From the NCBI GenBank assembly GCA_024704765.1, contig JAKMXF010000296.1, forward strand, positions 477,497-541,496: a DNA stretch of 64,000 bases, given 5' to 3'. The translations under genes were made by a program, and so were the position numbers. A model generated the notes under the pieces. The model had not been told where the DNA came from. It made no database searches and saw nothing but the letters and a program-made list of their open reading frames with translations. The stretch comes from Oopsacas minuta. Its lineage: Eukaryota; Animalia; Porifera. Of this stretch, positions 1-12,905 are shown in pieces (position 1 is the first letter of the stretch; each line of letters opens with the position of its first letter).

Positions 1-471
1 TCTCATATGATACAGATAAATAAATATAAGGAAAGTGATTAAATGGGGTAAGTGGAATACTTATGATAGCAATATCTAAAATATATGTACGTGCATTTCT
101 TAATCCAAATGGTTCATGAAAAAATACAATAGAACTCTAAAAGATGTGGGTAACAACAAGTTAAGTTTCAGCAACATTGGAAATTGAATTAACGGCTCCT
201 GGAGAATTTTTTAGCCAAAGTAAGATTTGAACATTGAAAACATTCGAAAAGAACTGATACAAAGACAAATTGCTATTCCTTATCTTGTATCATTGTTGAA
301 TATTAATGTTAAGTTGTTAGCCATGTTGGTGAACACGAGATGTGACTAATATTGTTGTATATAGCAAACAATCACTTGGTAGTTTCAGAGATCCTCCTGT
401 GCATACTAGTATATTTTGGATGCCACAAGTAGTGATGTATCGGCCCAAACTGGACCGGCTCCGACCACTGC

Positions 472-3162
472 CAGGGTTCTATCTAGGATGTTAAATTTGG
501 GGGGGGGAAGCTTTGAAATCGTTAGTACCCAATTATCAAAATATTACAACCTTGGAGTAAACACCAAACATATAATCTAATTCCTAATAATGAATATTTC
601 TATTGTTAGTAAAACATGAAAGGGCCGCTCACAAATTGATTTTCTGATTTTCATTCCTTTATAATGCGCCAATACTGCCTCTAAATTTTCATCAGATAGG
701 TGATCAAGACCTTCAACACATATGCGCATACAATAATCAAGTGTCTCTTCACTCATTCGGCTGCGAAGTCTCGTTTATATTAATTTCATATTGCTGAAAC
801 TCTTTTCGACTGTGGCTGTTGTCACTGGTATTACTTCCAAAATAGCGGCTATCTTTGCCAAGTTAGGAAATGCAGCATATATCTCTCCGTTCCCTAGCAG
901 TAGTGAGAGTACAAATTGTAAGGATCTACCTTTATACTGTAGGAAAATTAAGCGTCGAAACAATTTCCACTCTGACTCAGTTTCTTTAGCCTCGATGTCA
1001 GGCTGTGATATACCTTTATCTCCTCCTACATTGATCCTTTGTTCTACACTATAAAAATCCGTGAGTGTCTTAATCTGTTCCATTCCGTACTCTAATAATT
1101 CTTCTTCTGTACCAGGAAGATGGCGAGGGTCAAAAACAGACATGGTTGAAATGAGTTCAGTAGATTCCATCATGACATGAATATGATCTATGACACTTGG
1201 AGGTATTGTCGATACACCTTGTGAAGAATTCCGTCTTCTCTTCTTCCAATACCACGATGTGTTTCTCCCCTAATTGAGCATCATGAGTAAAAACCAAAGA
1301 ATGTTCCTTGAACCATGTGCTGCTTGTTACATCTTCTTTGAGTTCCAACAGCCGTTTAGTAGTACTAGCAACCATCGATGGGACACTCGCAAGATCAACA
1401 TCCTTGGCTTGTAGACTTCCTTGCAATTTCACTACGATATGAAGAACATCTGATAGCATGTAGATACATGCGACAGTCTTCTACTTCACTAAGAGACTTG
1501 CAATTCTATATAATTCTGCATCTCCAGTTTCTGCTTAAATCTCTTCAAATGTACTGACTAACCTGGTAATCTCCGTCGCACAACAGACACAGCTCTCCCA
1601 CGGACTAACCACCGAGTATCACTAGGCTTCTGCATTTTGATTTCAGGAGCCTGAAGTTCAGCTTGAATCTCAGCAAGTTTCTCAGCTTTTTTGGGAGAAA
1701 AGTGAAAAGCCTTCCAGATTGTTAATAGTGTACCCAAAATTCTTTTCACCACTGTATGTTCTGATGCAGCATTTAATGCAGCAAGTTGAAGCTTATGGCA
1801 GCGACAGTGCACATAGATAGAGCTTGGTGCATGTAATTTTAGTCGTATTTGAACACCACTTATATGACCCGACATAGTATTTGTATCATCAAAACCAAGT
1901 CCATGCATCTTGTCAAAGCCAATGTTCATGGAATGAAGAAAGGTTCGAAGCTAACAAGCGATCGCTTGAGCATTTTTCTCCTTCGCATGCAAAATTCCAA
2001 GAAAATGTTCTACTGATTTATTATCTTCTATCCAACGTGCACATACTGACAACTCTTCTTGTGATACTACATCCGTACTTTCATATGCCATTAATGAATA
2101 ATATGGGCTAGCGCAGAGACTGGTGATGATCCTCTTCTCGAGTACATTGCTAATACTTGAGAGAAGTTCCACTATTGTGGTATATGATTCATATGTCGCA
2201 TTGTGTGGACACTTCTCTCTGAGATTTCAGTATGATGTCCCCATTCTCAATTTGTAAAGTAATGAGGTTTTCAAATGTAGTTGTATGGGGATATGATGCT
2301 TAACCAAGAAATAGAAGGATTGAATAAGCTTTTTCATAATGTCACGGTTCTGTTTCTTCTCCTCCGCAGTGGCTGCTTCCAATTGTTCCATTACATTACC
2401 ATGTTCCTCTGTTGATTGAGACATAACCATTCTTTCGATCGCTGCTGCGTACCAATCAGATTTCTCATGTTGTATCAGCAAACTTTTCGCCTTCACCCAA
2501 TTGTTTATAGGTCTTGTCACCCATGCACCTCTCGCTTGTACCGATGATTTACCATGGACCTTACAAATCGTACACACCATACCATTTTGGGATGAATCGT
2601 AGTCCATCCAAGTATATTCATTCTTCCAAGTAGGATTATAAACTTAGTTGTCCTTGTAGGCTCGCATTTTTTTGGATGTTTTAGAAACACATGGAGTAGA
2701 AACAATCGCATCTTCCTCTGGTGGTTGTGGTTCAGACTCAGATATATGGTTGCAGTCAGAATATTTTTTTTAGTTCCTCGAATGATAACAAATTTATTCA
2801 TATGATAACACTGGGTTAATCAATTATTCTCTATGTAAAGTGAACAAAAAGAATTTTTTCCGCTATATTATATCTCAAGAATTCGTACATCACTAATATA
2901 TAGGCGGCTGGATAGTAGGAAGCTGTAGTTTCCAACATATGTTATTATTTCGCAGTTGAAATTGTATGAAATGTGATTCAGGTTTCCTACATGTTATTTA
3001 TTTACATTTCAAATAGTATCTCCACAATGAATTGATATTCTAATAATTTATCCATTGAATAATGTATTGCGATTAATAGTACATTATATGAGATTTTTGG
3101 GGGGAAGTTGAAGAGTTTGGAGAGGAAGCTTTCCCCCCACCCCCCCAGTAGACAGAACCCTG
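472..3162 (-). mobile_element. hAT DNA transposon (ZNF862-like transposase, defective), copy 1, with 5-bp TSD
   Basis: TIRs CAGGGTTCTATCTA (472) and TAGACAGAACCCTG (ends 3162); ACTGC on both flanks (467-471, 3163-3167). Minus-strand ORF fragments show TTF-type Zn finger (CTICK...QHEKS), 'ESTDV', 'HCRCHKLQL', 'SDTRW' and the dimerisation motif 'PVTTATVEKSFS', broken by frameshifts and stops. Confidence 0.95.
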
Positions 3163-3285
3163 ACTGCAACTCTACTGTGAGTTTGCAATTATTATTCAAT
3201 CAAGGTGGAATTTTTTTTAAATTTCAAGTTTCCAGTCTGACATTCCGCACTATTCTATTGCAGTATATCAAAATATGTTATGAAT

Positions 3286-4035
3286 GGGATATCGACATTT
3301 GATACAGATCATGTGATACAAATTTAATTGGTTATTTATTATACACTTCAGTTGTTGAAGTTACAGTAGTATTTGTTTTGTAAATGTCATTCATGTGTAT
3401 ATAGTCTGATAGTTGAAATTTGTTGATTGTGTCATGTGCCGTGACCAATAATTTCTTGAAATCGTTAAAAAGATGAAAATGATTCACTTTATATAAGCTT
3501 AACTACATTGCCTTTGTTAACTTTTATATTTTTGGCATTATTTCCTTTCGTATCTCATTCTAATGGCCGAACTTGATTAGTCATATAGGCCAATTACATC
3601 AACAAGGGGACCTATTTACTGCGTGGTTCACCAACTTCCAATCCTTCAGGCAATTGATCTGGCATTTGTTTTGAGGATCCTACATTGGACAAATGCCTCC
3701 GGGATCTTTACTTGAACCATTGTTTCCAGTTCTTATGTGGAACTGTCACTACGAGACATCATTTGGACTACCAAGAACTACAAATGCAGTTGAGGCGTGG
3801 TATAGTCCATTCAATGCTACTGTTGCATGTCCTCATCCTGGCATATGGAGATTCATCAGTGCGTTAAAACGTGGCCTCGTCGAGGTCAAACAGACAAAGT
3901 TTATCGCAGGAGAAAAGCCAACCAAGCTGCGTAAGGATCACGCAAATGCAAGAACAAGTGTTCCCATTAACTAAAACATAATCCAAAATGTATTATAAAT
4001 AACCAATCAAATTTGTATCGAAATGTCGGTATCCC
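3286..4035 (+). mobile_element. Internally deleted MULE (Mutator-like) element
   Basis: ORF 3693-3974 contains the MULE C-terminal motif 'PRTTNAVEAW...HPGIWRFISALK'. Degenerate inverted termini GGGATATCGACATTT / AAATGTCGGTATCCC; degenerate 9-bp TSD GTTATGAAT / CTTATGAAC. Confidence 0.8.
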
Positions 4036-4949
4036 CTTATGAACGATATACTTATTCACAAAATATCAATTCAAATCAACACCTAACCACTTGGGCTGAG
4101 AGATAGGGAATATCTATTTAATTTGTTGTAAATTCTATATTTTCATGACAAATTATTTGGTCTCTATAGTCACAAGAAACTAAATATGTGATTTACAACA
4201 AATATCTACTCTATATATCCCAAATAGCTCTAGTATATCCTTCAAATCCCACACTATTATTTATGATAAAAAGAGATTTATGAAATGTATTATTTTGGAT
4301 ATTTTGGGAGTTTCAGGCAGCTAAATGTAATATAATCACTTGTGCGCACTTGTGTACAGGTCAAAACTATTTATATTTTGAATATATTATCAAAATTTAA
4401 TACCATTTCAACACTATTGAGAATTCACACCACAATGTAAAATCATTAAGACCTACGCAACAACACAACAAGTTTTATCGTCGGGTGTCCACCATGTTTA
4501 GCCTAAATCCTACACATTGGAGCATTTCCACACAACAAATCCTGGACTTTCATTGACTTAAATTTCAAAATTATGGACACAGGTGTTTTGTCCAGGAATA
4601 GAGTAATTTTAGTCTCACGGTCGGCACTTTGTGTCTTTCATGCCTCCTGAACTGACATTTTAGGTGCCAGCCAAGCACCTAGATAAACCCCCTGCATGGA
4701 CATGATCCTTGGGACTAAGTTGTTTAACAAGTATATGTGTAAACAATTATAAGTTAATCATTGCATTCAAACACTCTAAGGCACTGGCACTGCATGTACT
4801 ATGGATGGGTTAATGCCGTTCAATGTAGATTTGTAAAATTAGTTTAGCATCGAATATATAGTTCTAATATCCAAAAATGGTAGATCGGAATACGTTCTTG
4901 ACTGTGTGGACCCAATATTACCCAATCTAATCGCCTAGAATAAACTTTG

Positions 4950-5245
4950 AGAACATAGTAGCTTTTTATTTTGTACTAGTTTCTTTGGCCACTTTGCTTT
5001 GCCTGTCATGTAACTTGGGCAGTTGGGAAATATAGTTAGAACCTCTGTCTCCAACAGGGTTATCTTCTCTCGGGGCTTCACTTTCCATTCCACTCCATCA
5101 AAATTGTTCAGTCAAGGGATAGTCCTAAACCACCTCTCACACATCTCTACATCCTTGGGGAATGAAAATGTTGGCGTACGATGCTCCTAGCTCTTGTAAT
5201 TAGAATTACATCACGGCACCACAAAAACTCATCTTCGTTACAGTA
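4950..5245 (-). pseudogene. THAP zinc-finger remnant of a degenerate DNA transposon
   Basis: Minus-strand reading 'VVP*CNSNYKS*EHRTPTFSFPKDVEMCERWFRTIP' matches the THAP pattern C-x-VPGC...F-x-FPKD...W; contains in-frame stops. Boundaries approximate. Confidence 0.5.
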
Positions 5246-6199
5246 ACAGATGAGTATTCAAGTAGTAAGTCAACATGTATAATTGATTGAATGAAAGAAA
5301 AACTTAGTAAACAAATATGCATATAATGTAATGTATTTATGTTGCAGTGTAAACGGGACATTGGCGTACACCCGGGTACATCGGTGTATACGCGTTCACA
5401 CTGGTGTAAACGCGAGAATATCCTAGTTTGTTTAATATCAGGATTACATCAGTGTGAACGTGAGTAGAGTTGTAATAGAAATTTGTGGTATATTTCGAAT
5501 AACTATTTATTTTATATACGTATGACTTAAGTAGCGAAGTGTCGGGGTAGCCAATTGTCAATATAGCAAACTGTTCGTATTCGTTTAAGATTCATATCTG
5601 ATTTATAAATCGTATAGCAGAATTCTCTAATTTAATGAAACAATTATACATAGATAGAAATATTATGTTACGTATATTACTACATACTATATCTATTACG
5701 CAAAATAACAGTAAACAAGCATTAATTGATTAATAATTCGAGAATTCTTGATAATTGATATGCTTGCACCTTTAACAAAATGTGTAAGATGATAACATAG
5801 CTACTGAATAGGGATTGGAGTTCAAAGATTTCTATTCCTGCTATTGTTGCCTGAAGAGTATGCTGAATTGAAGCTTTCCGCTGATTTGTGATGCATCATA
5901 TTTGTGATTAAAACTTGAACATAAATAGGTCAATGGGCTTATTTGTGAGATCTCTTGTTAGCGAATACAATTTGTGTGACTGGAAAGGTAACATGTCCAG
6001 GAGTGAATTCAACAAGTCACTCTTAACTATATCAACTCAGCTATCAAGTTCGACTTATGCGAGAGCTGATATAACTAATAAAATCAGCCTGCTCCAAATT
6101 ATCATCCATCAGTTCTCCAGAAGAATGAACCTTCTAGATGGCAAAGGGTCCAGAACCGTTTTGAGCCAGTTCCTATCAAGGAACTAGTATCCTGTATCT

Positions 6200-8000
6200 G
6201 AAGCGCAAGAAAGATGGAATATCAAGAAGAGTATTGTCGATAGAAGAGATGTAGGATACATTAGACTCGCATCATAGTCTTGAAGGTAACCATACTGGTA
6301 GAACCAAACTCTCAAAGCAGGCTGCACTGAAATACAACGGTGTGACAGAAAGAATATATTGCCTTTTTGTGAAAACTTGTCAGGTATGCCATCGAAAGAA
6401 AGCAAAGAAGTCCCTCAACAGGGTGGTTGTGAAACCCATTACAGCCACCGATTTTCTTTGCAGCGCTCAGATAGACTTGAGCGATATGCGATTAAAATCT
6501 CGCGGTGAACTTGTCCGCAGATAGGACTACCCCTACAAATATCTCTTGAATCATTTTACCAAGAAGATCAACCTGGTTCGTTCAAACTTAAGTCAGCTGA
6601 AGAGTTATGTGAGAAGTTGCTTGATCTGTTCTGTAACTCTGGACCACCACACATTCTCCACTCAGAAAATTGTAGGAAATTCTCTAATGATCTCCTCTTC
6701 AATGCCCTAGCAACGAAATGGCCAACAAATAAATTGTCCATGAAATCCTAGACACCCAGAGTTTCAAGGTGCTATGGAACGAGCTAACCGTGACATCAAA
6801 GACAGTCTTTTCGGAATGATGCATGGTAACAACAATTGTCATTGCTGGGTTAAGTACCTAAGGTGGGTGCAGTGGCACCAAAACACAACCTATCACACTA
6901 CCATCCGGAGGACTCCTTATGAAGATGCCTACAACAAGAGGCCGCCAATGAGACTAACAAATATTGGCACCCATGTAAGTTCTGGCCTACCACTAACACT
7001 GAAGATGACATTGAAGTCTTCCAGAGTGACATTGCGTAACCTAGTCAGGTAGAAGTTCTAACCGAAGAATCAGAAGGAAGTGAAAATGAACATCAATGTG
7101 GTGCTGATAATCAATCATAGTCAGCTCTTTCATCTCCTCCTCTTTCAAATTATCCCACCCAACCAGACGAATATGAAGATCAAATCTTGGCAGCTCTACC
7201 GTTTGGAACAATTGTTAGCGATAATTTCATGACCTTTCCTTCCAATATTACTTCTCCGCCACCTCTAATAAATTCCCTTGCCTTCGAAAACCAGGTTTCA
7301 GAGGACATACTTCCATCCAATTACTACTCAGGGACTTCTGGTTCTCAATTAACTTCACCTGAACTCAATTATTGCAGTTCGATATCAACTCGAGATTGCG
7401 TTGCTTGTGGAAGAAATCTTCTGGCGCGGATTCATACCCAAGCTGTTTTTGGTTTCATCCACTTTCTATGCTGGCGGTCTGAGGGAGAAAAAGGCTAAGG
7501 AAGCAGTGTAGTGTCTCCTGCGGGTGACTTTCATCCAGGAGAGAAGCGGTGACAAGATGACAGCTGTGACCAAGCGTTGTCAAGAGAAACAACAAAATAG
7601 GATACTTAATCATGCATCTAAAAGGTTCAGTCTTGCTGAAGTTGAGGATTCCGTAATAATTCCTATCTCTCACCTTGATAAAGTTCACTCATTGGGTCCT
7701 CGCAACATTCTGGGGTGTATTACGAGTAGAGATGGGACTTCATATTCAATAGGCACAGATAAAGGTGCACTGGCAGTTAATTACACTCGTAACCAGCTTG
7801 AAGTATGCCCAACTAAACTTCTGCCATTGGATTCCATTCCTCCTGTATCGATTACACAGAGAGAATCAATGCAGAGTTCTTTTCTCGGCATCTCTAGTAA
7901 CTCAGCTTGCTGCAAAAAAGCCAAAAGAGTTGCATCACAAATCATGAGGTACATAGTTGTTTTAACAAATATGTTTAGTGTTGGTGTTGTGAAGTCTTAG
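6200..8000 (+). mobile_element. Degenerate integrase-type DNA transposon (KRBA2/SCAND3-integrase-like, Ginger-type)
   Basis: Fragments: HHCC Zn-binding 'HH..GNHTGR...CQVC', 'QIDLSDM', 'ILHSENCRKF' (cf. LHSDNGREF), 'MERANRDIK', 'HTTIRRTPYE', a Cys-rich PHD-like remnant near 7400-7520, and a C-terminal 'GPRNILG' region (ORF 7524-8000). No RT and no LTRs seen; termini not resolved. Confidence 0.78.
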
Positions 8001-8117
8001 TTGATGGATATTAGTGTAATTGACTCATAAGAATCTCAAGCTCAGTAAAAGTAGCATGATACCAGTTTGTTTCAATTGATTAAATTCAAGGTCTCCCGTT
8101 TGATTATTAGCATTAGC

Positions 8118-8283
8118 CAGGGCCGGATGTTCCGCTAGGCGGACTAGGCAGTCGCCTAAAGCGCATAATATTTGGATTTAGAGAGATTTTATTTTTTGAA
8201 ACTTAAAATTGGGTGAACGGCGGCACAGTTACATAGTTGCCTAGGGCGGAAATTTTTGAAACCACCCTCAAGAACTAGCGCTG
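8118..8283. mobile_element. hAT-family MITE (166 bp)
   Basis: Termini CAGGGCCGG / CTAGCGCTG; perfect 8-bp TSD GCATTAGC (8110-8117, 8284-8291). Confidence 0.9.
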
Positions 8284-8993
8284 GCATTAGCTTCTGACTC
8301 GCTGTGGCGAATCTTGATCCGACGGCATTGGTATCCGGTACTGGAAGGAATTAATATGGGAGCTTCATCCATATTACCTCGACCTTAACAAATTAGGAAA
8401 CAAAATCAAACCTTGTGGGAATCTGGATACGATATTGCTGACAACTCTATGTAAACTTCACGAAAGTACAGTATCCTCCTCTAAACCTGGGATCCAGACC
8501 CCCAGATACCCAAACTTGGCGCCTATGATAGATTATCACAAAAATTGACTGTTCTCGAAATCTAATGCGTTCTAGTAGTTTTGCATTACATTCCAATGCG
8601 TAATCTAATCTGTGTACTACGTTTATACATCAATACTTCTTCTTAATACACCACAATATTCTATTACAACTCTACTCGCGTTTATAGCAATGTGAACAGG
8701 TTCACACCAATCTCGCATTTGCACTTCAACATTTACACCATCAGTATTGTAATGCAAAATTTCTCGCCTAAAATCTAGCCAATCAAATTCGAGTATTGAG
8801 TACGGGATTAACATATAATGATACAGATTGATATATTAGTGCAAATATACTATACTACATCGTCTTATCAATTTACGCATATAAATATGTAGGAAGTATT
8901 ATATACCTTTTGGAAAATTAGTTTCACTGTTACGAATAAACAATTCCTATGTAGCTTCACAATTTGACTTAATCCATCAATTAACCAATTTAG

Positions 8994-9611
8994 GGCGCAT
9001 GCATTAGGTCCAATTCCGTGTGTTGGCATTAGGTCGAAATTCATTGTTTACACTAAATCGAAATCGGAGCGCATGCATTATGTCGAATTCTATTTTGGCT
9101 ATTTTGTCGATAGACGAATGTATATTAGCTATGAATATCTCGCTTTTAAGGCCAATTCATATTTTGAGAAACACTGAATGCTTCCTCAAATTTCAAAAAA
9201 ACTTGCACAAACATTGTAAAAGCAAAAAATCCAGCGATTCGCCATTTTGCAAACTTTTCAAATGATTAATCCAACATTGGTCCATCTAAACACAAAATTC
9301 CCATGGACTCCACATCCCCTCCCCTAGGTAGCTTAGTAACGAGTACAAATGAAAACTCCCAGACCGATAAAGTAGTGAACAAAATACCTAATCCCCTTCC
9401 AATGGTATGGGTTTATAATTAATTCAATAAAATGTCCTATCACGTCCTCGTTTCTATAAATCCATTTTCTATATCGATCTATCGACAACATGGCTAAAAT
9501 CAATTCGATCTATCACAGCATCTTAATTCGACATAATGTATACATATTAAATTCGATACATATTAAATACGACCTAATGCCAACACACGGAATTCGGCCT
9601 AATGCAGCGCC
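8994..9611. mobile_element. MITE with ~42-bp TIRs (probably MULE-type)
   Basis: GGCGCATGCATTAGGTCCAATTCCGTGTGTTGGCATTAGGTCG vs CGACCTAATGCCAACACACGGAATTCGGCCTAATGCAGCGCC. Flanks only partly similar (about 6/9), so the TSD is not certain. Confidence 0.7.
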
Positions 9612-10208
9612 ACCATTTCGAAGACGGAATAACGACCCCACAAATTAAGAATGAATCTCATTAGCTAGCCATCCAGGGGTTTAAACTTTGATCCAGCGGA
9701 AAAATTACTAAATCCAGGGAATGTATTGGATATTTGAGGTCTTTTTCTCATAAAAGAGCGGAAAAATAGTATTATTTGCATATAAATTTTGGAATCCAGG
9801 GAACAGTTAGGAAGGTTCGCAGGTATATAGGGGCGAAGATGTATTGTAACTCGATTTTCTGACTCACGGATTAGCCAAATATAGACTGGATGGGGACAAA
9901 CCATCCCCCAAACAGTTCGGGCTCTGTGCGATCGCACACTCCGCACGTGCGGTAATTCGACACTGTGTATAGAGTCTTCGTAGGGTTATATATCTGCATT
10001 AATCTTTCCCAATAAGATTTCTAGTTTCAGAGCTCATAATATGCGCAGGTTGCAAGCAAATATCGGATTATAGCAGTCTTAGTGACGTCATTCTGGGATG
10101 ACGTGACATATATTTGGTCATATACCTGATAGTACTGAGCAAAATAGTTAGTTTTCTTCAGGACTGTACATACCAACAATTTGAAGCCCTGAAATACATA
10201 AATATATG

Positions 10209-12905
10209 CAGGCTTTTATCTACTGGGGGGGGTGGGGGGAAAGCTTCCTCTCCAAACTCTTCAACTTCCCCCCAAAAATCTCATATAATGTACTATTAAT
10301 CGCAATACATTATTCAATGGATAAATTATTAGAATATCAATTCATTGTGGAGATACTATTTGAAATGTAAATAAATAACATGTAGGAAACCTGAATCACA
10401 TTTCATACAATTTCAACTGCGAAATAATAACATATGTTGGAAACTACAGCTTCCTACTATCCAGCCGCCTATATATTAGTGATGTACGAATTCTTGAGAT
10501 ATAATATAGCGGAAAAAATTCTTTTTGTTCACTTTACATAGAGAATAATTGATTAACCCAGTGTTATCATATGAATAAATTTGTTATCATTCGAGGAACT
10601 AAAAAAAATATTCTGACTGCAACCATATATCTGAGTCTGAACCACAACCACCAGAGGAAGATGCGATTGTTTCTACTCCATGTGTTTCTAAAACATCCAA
10701 AAAAATGCGAGCCTACAAGGACAACTAAGTTTATAATCCTACTTGGAAGAATGAATATACTTGGATGGACTACGATTCATCCCAAAATGGTATGGTGTGT
10801 ACGATTTGTAAGGTCCATGGTAAATCATCGGTACAAGCGAGAGGTGCATGGGTGACAAGACCTATAAACAATTGGGTGAAGGCGAAAAGTTTGCTGATAC
10901 AACATGAGAAATCTGATTGGTACGCAGCAGCGATCGAAAGAATGGTTATGTCTCAATCAACAGAGGAACATGGTAATGTAATGGAACAATTGGAAGCAGC
11001 CACTGCGGAGGAGAAGAAACAGAACCGTGACATTATGAAAAAGCTTATTCAATCCTTCTATTTCTTGGTTAAGCATCATATCCCCATACAACTACATTTG
11101 AAAACCTCATTACTTTACAAATTGAGAATGGGGACATCATACTGAAATCTCAGAGAGAAGTGTCCACACAATGCGACATATGAATCATATACCACAATAG
11201 TGGAACTTCTCTCAAGTATTAGCAATGTACTCGAGAAGAGGATCATCACCAGTCTCTGCGCTAGCCCATATTATTCATTAATGGCATATGAAAGTACGGA
11301 TGTAGTATCACAAGAAGAGTTGTCAGTATGTGCACGTTGGATAGAAGATAATAAATCAGTAGAACATTTTCTTGGAATTTTGCATGCGAAGGAGAAAAAT
11401 GCTCAAGCGATCGCTTGTTAGCTTCGAACCTTTCTTCATTCCATGAACATTGGCTTTGACAAGATGCATGGACTTGGTTTTGATGATACAAATACTATGT
11501 CGGGTCATATAAGTGGTGTTCAAATACGACTAAAATTACATGCACCAAGCTCTATCTATGTGCACTGTCGCTGCCATAAGCTTCAACTTGCTGCATTAAA
11601 TGCTGCATCAGAACATACAGTGGTGAAAAGAATTTTGGGTACACTATTAACAATCTGGAAGGCTTTTCACTTTTCTCCCAAAAAAGCTGAGAAACTTGCT
11701 GAGATTCAAGCTGAACTTCAGGCTCCTGAAATCAAAATGCAGAAGCCTAGTGATACTCGGTGGTTAGTCCGTGGGAGAGCTGTGTCTGTTGTGCGACGGA
11801 GATTACCAGGTTAGTCAGTACATTTGAAGAGATTTAAGCAGAAACTGGAGATGCAGAATTATATAGAATTGCAAGTCTCTTAGTGAAGTAGAAGACTGTC
11901 GCATGTATCTACATGCTATCAGATGTTCTTCATATCGTAGTGAAATTGCAAGGAAGTCTACAAGCCAAGGATGTTGATCTTGCGAGTGTCCCATCGATGG
12001 TTGCTAGTACTACTAAACGGCTGTTGGAACTCAAAGAAGATGTAACAAGCAGCACATGGTTCAAGGAACATTCTTTGGTTTTTACTCATGATGCTCAATT
12101 AGGGGAGAAACACATCGTGGTATTGGAAGAAGAGAAGACGGAATTCTTCACAAGGTGTATCGACAATACCTCCAAGTGTCATAGATCATATTCATGTCAT
12201 GATGGAATCTACTGAACTCATTTCAACCATGTCTGTTTTTGACCCTCGCCATCTTCCTGGTACAGAAGAAGAATTATTAGAGTACGGAATGGAACAGATT
12301 AAGACACTCACGGATTTTTATAGTGTAGAACAAAGGATCAATGTAGGAGGAGATAAAGGTATATCACAGCCTGACATCGAGGCTAAAGAAACTGAGTCAG
12401 AGTGGAAATTGTTTCGACGCTTAATTTTCCTACAGTATAAAGGTAGATCCTTACAATTTGTACTCTCACTACTGCTAGGGAACGGAGAGATATATGCTGC
12501 ATTTCCTAACTTGGCAAAGATAGCCGCTATTTTGGAAGTAATACCAGTGACAACAGCCACAGTCGAAAAGAGTTTCAGCAATATGAAATTAATATAAACG
12601 AGACTTCGCAGCCGAATGAGTGAAGAGACACTTGATTATTGTATGCGCATATGTGTTGAAGGTCTTGATCACCTATCTGATGAAAATTTAGAGGCAGTAT
12701 TGGCGCATTATAAAGGAATGAAAATCAGAAAATCAATTTGTGAGCGGCCCTTTCATGTTTTACTAACAATAGAAATATTCATTATTAGGAATTAGATTAT
12801 ATGTTTGGTGTTTACTCCAAGGTTGTAATATTTTGATAATTGGGTACTAAGGATTTCAAAGCTTCCCCCCCCCCCCCCAAATTTAACATCCTAGATAGAA
12901 CCCTG
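10209..12905 (+). mobile_element. hAT DNA transposon (ZNF862-like, defective), copy 2, inverted relative to copy 1
   Basis: All ORF translations are identical to copy 1. Length 2697 vs 2691 bp, explained by poly-G length differences. 3' TIR ...CTAGATAGAACCCTG; 5' TIR diverged (CAGGCTTTTATCTAC). No clean TSD (ATATG / ATAGT). Confidence 0.95.

Noticed and set aside
472-12905. Inverted hAT pair as a pure assembly artefact, or as one element with its own TSD
   Set aside because: The copies have different flanks, different poly-G lengths, a SNP and a different 5' TIR. Outer flanks ACTGC vs ATAGT do not form a TSD for a 12.4-kb macro-element.
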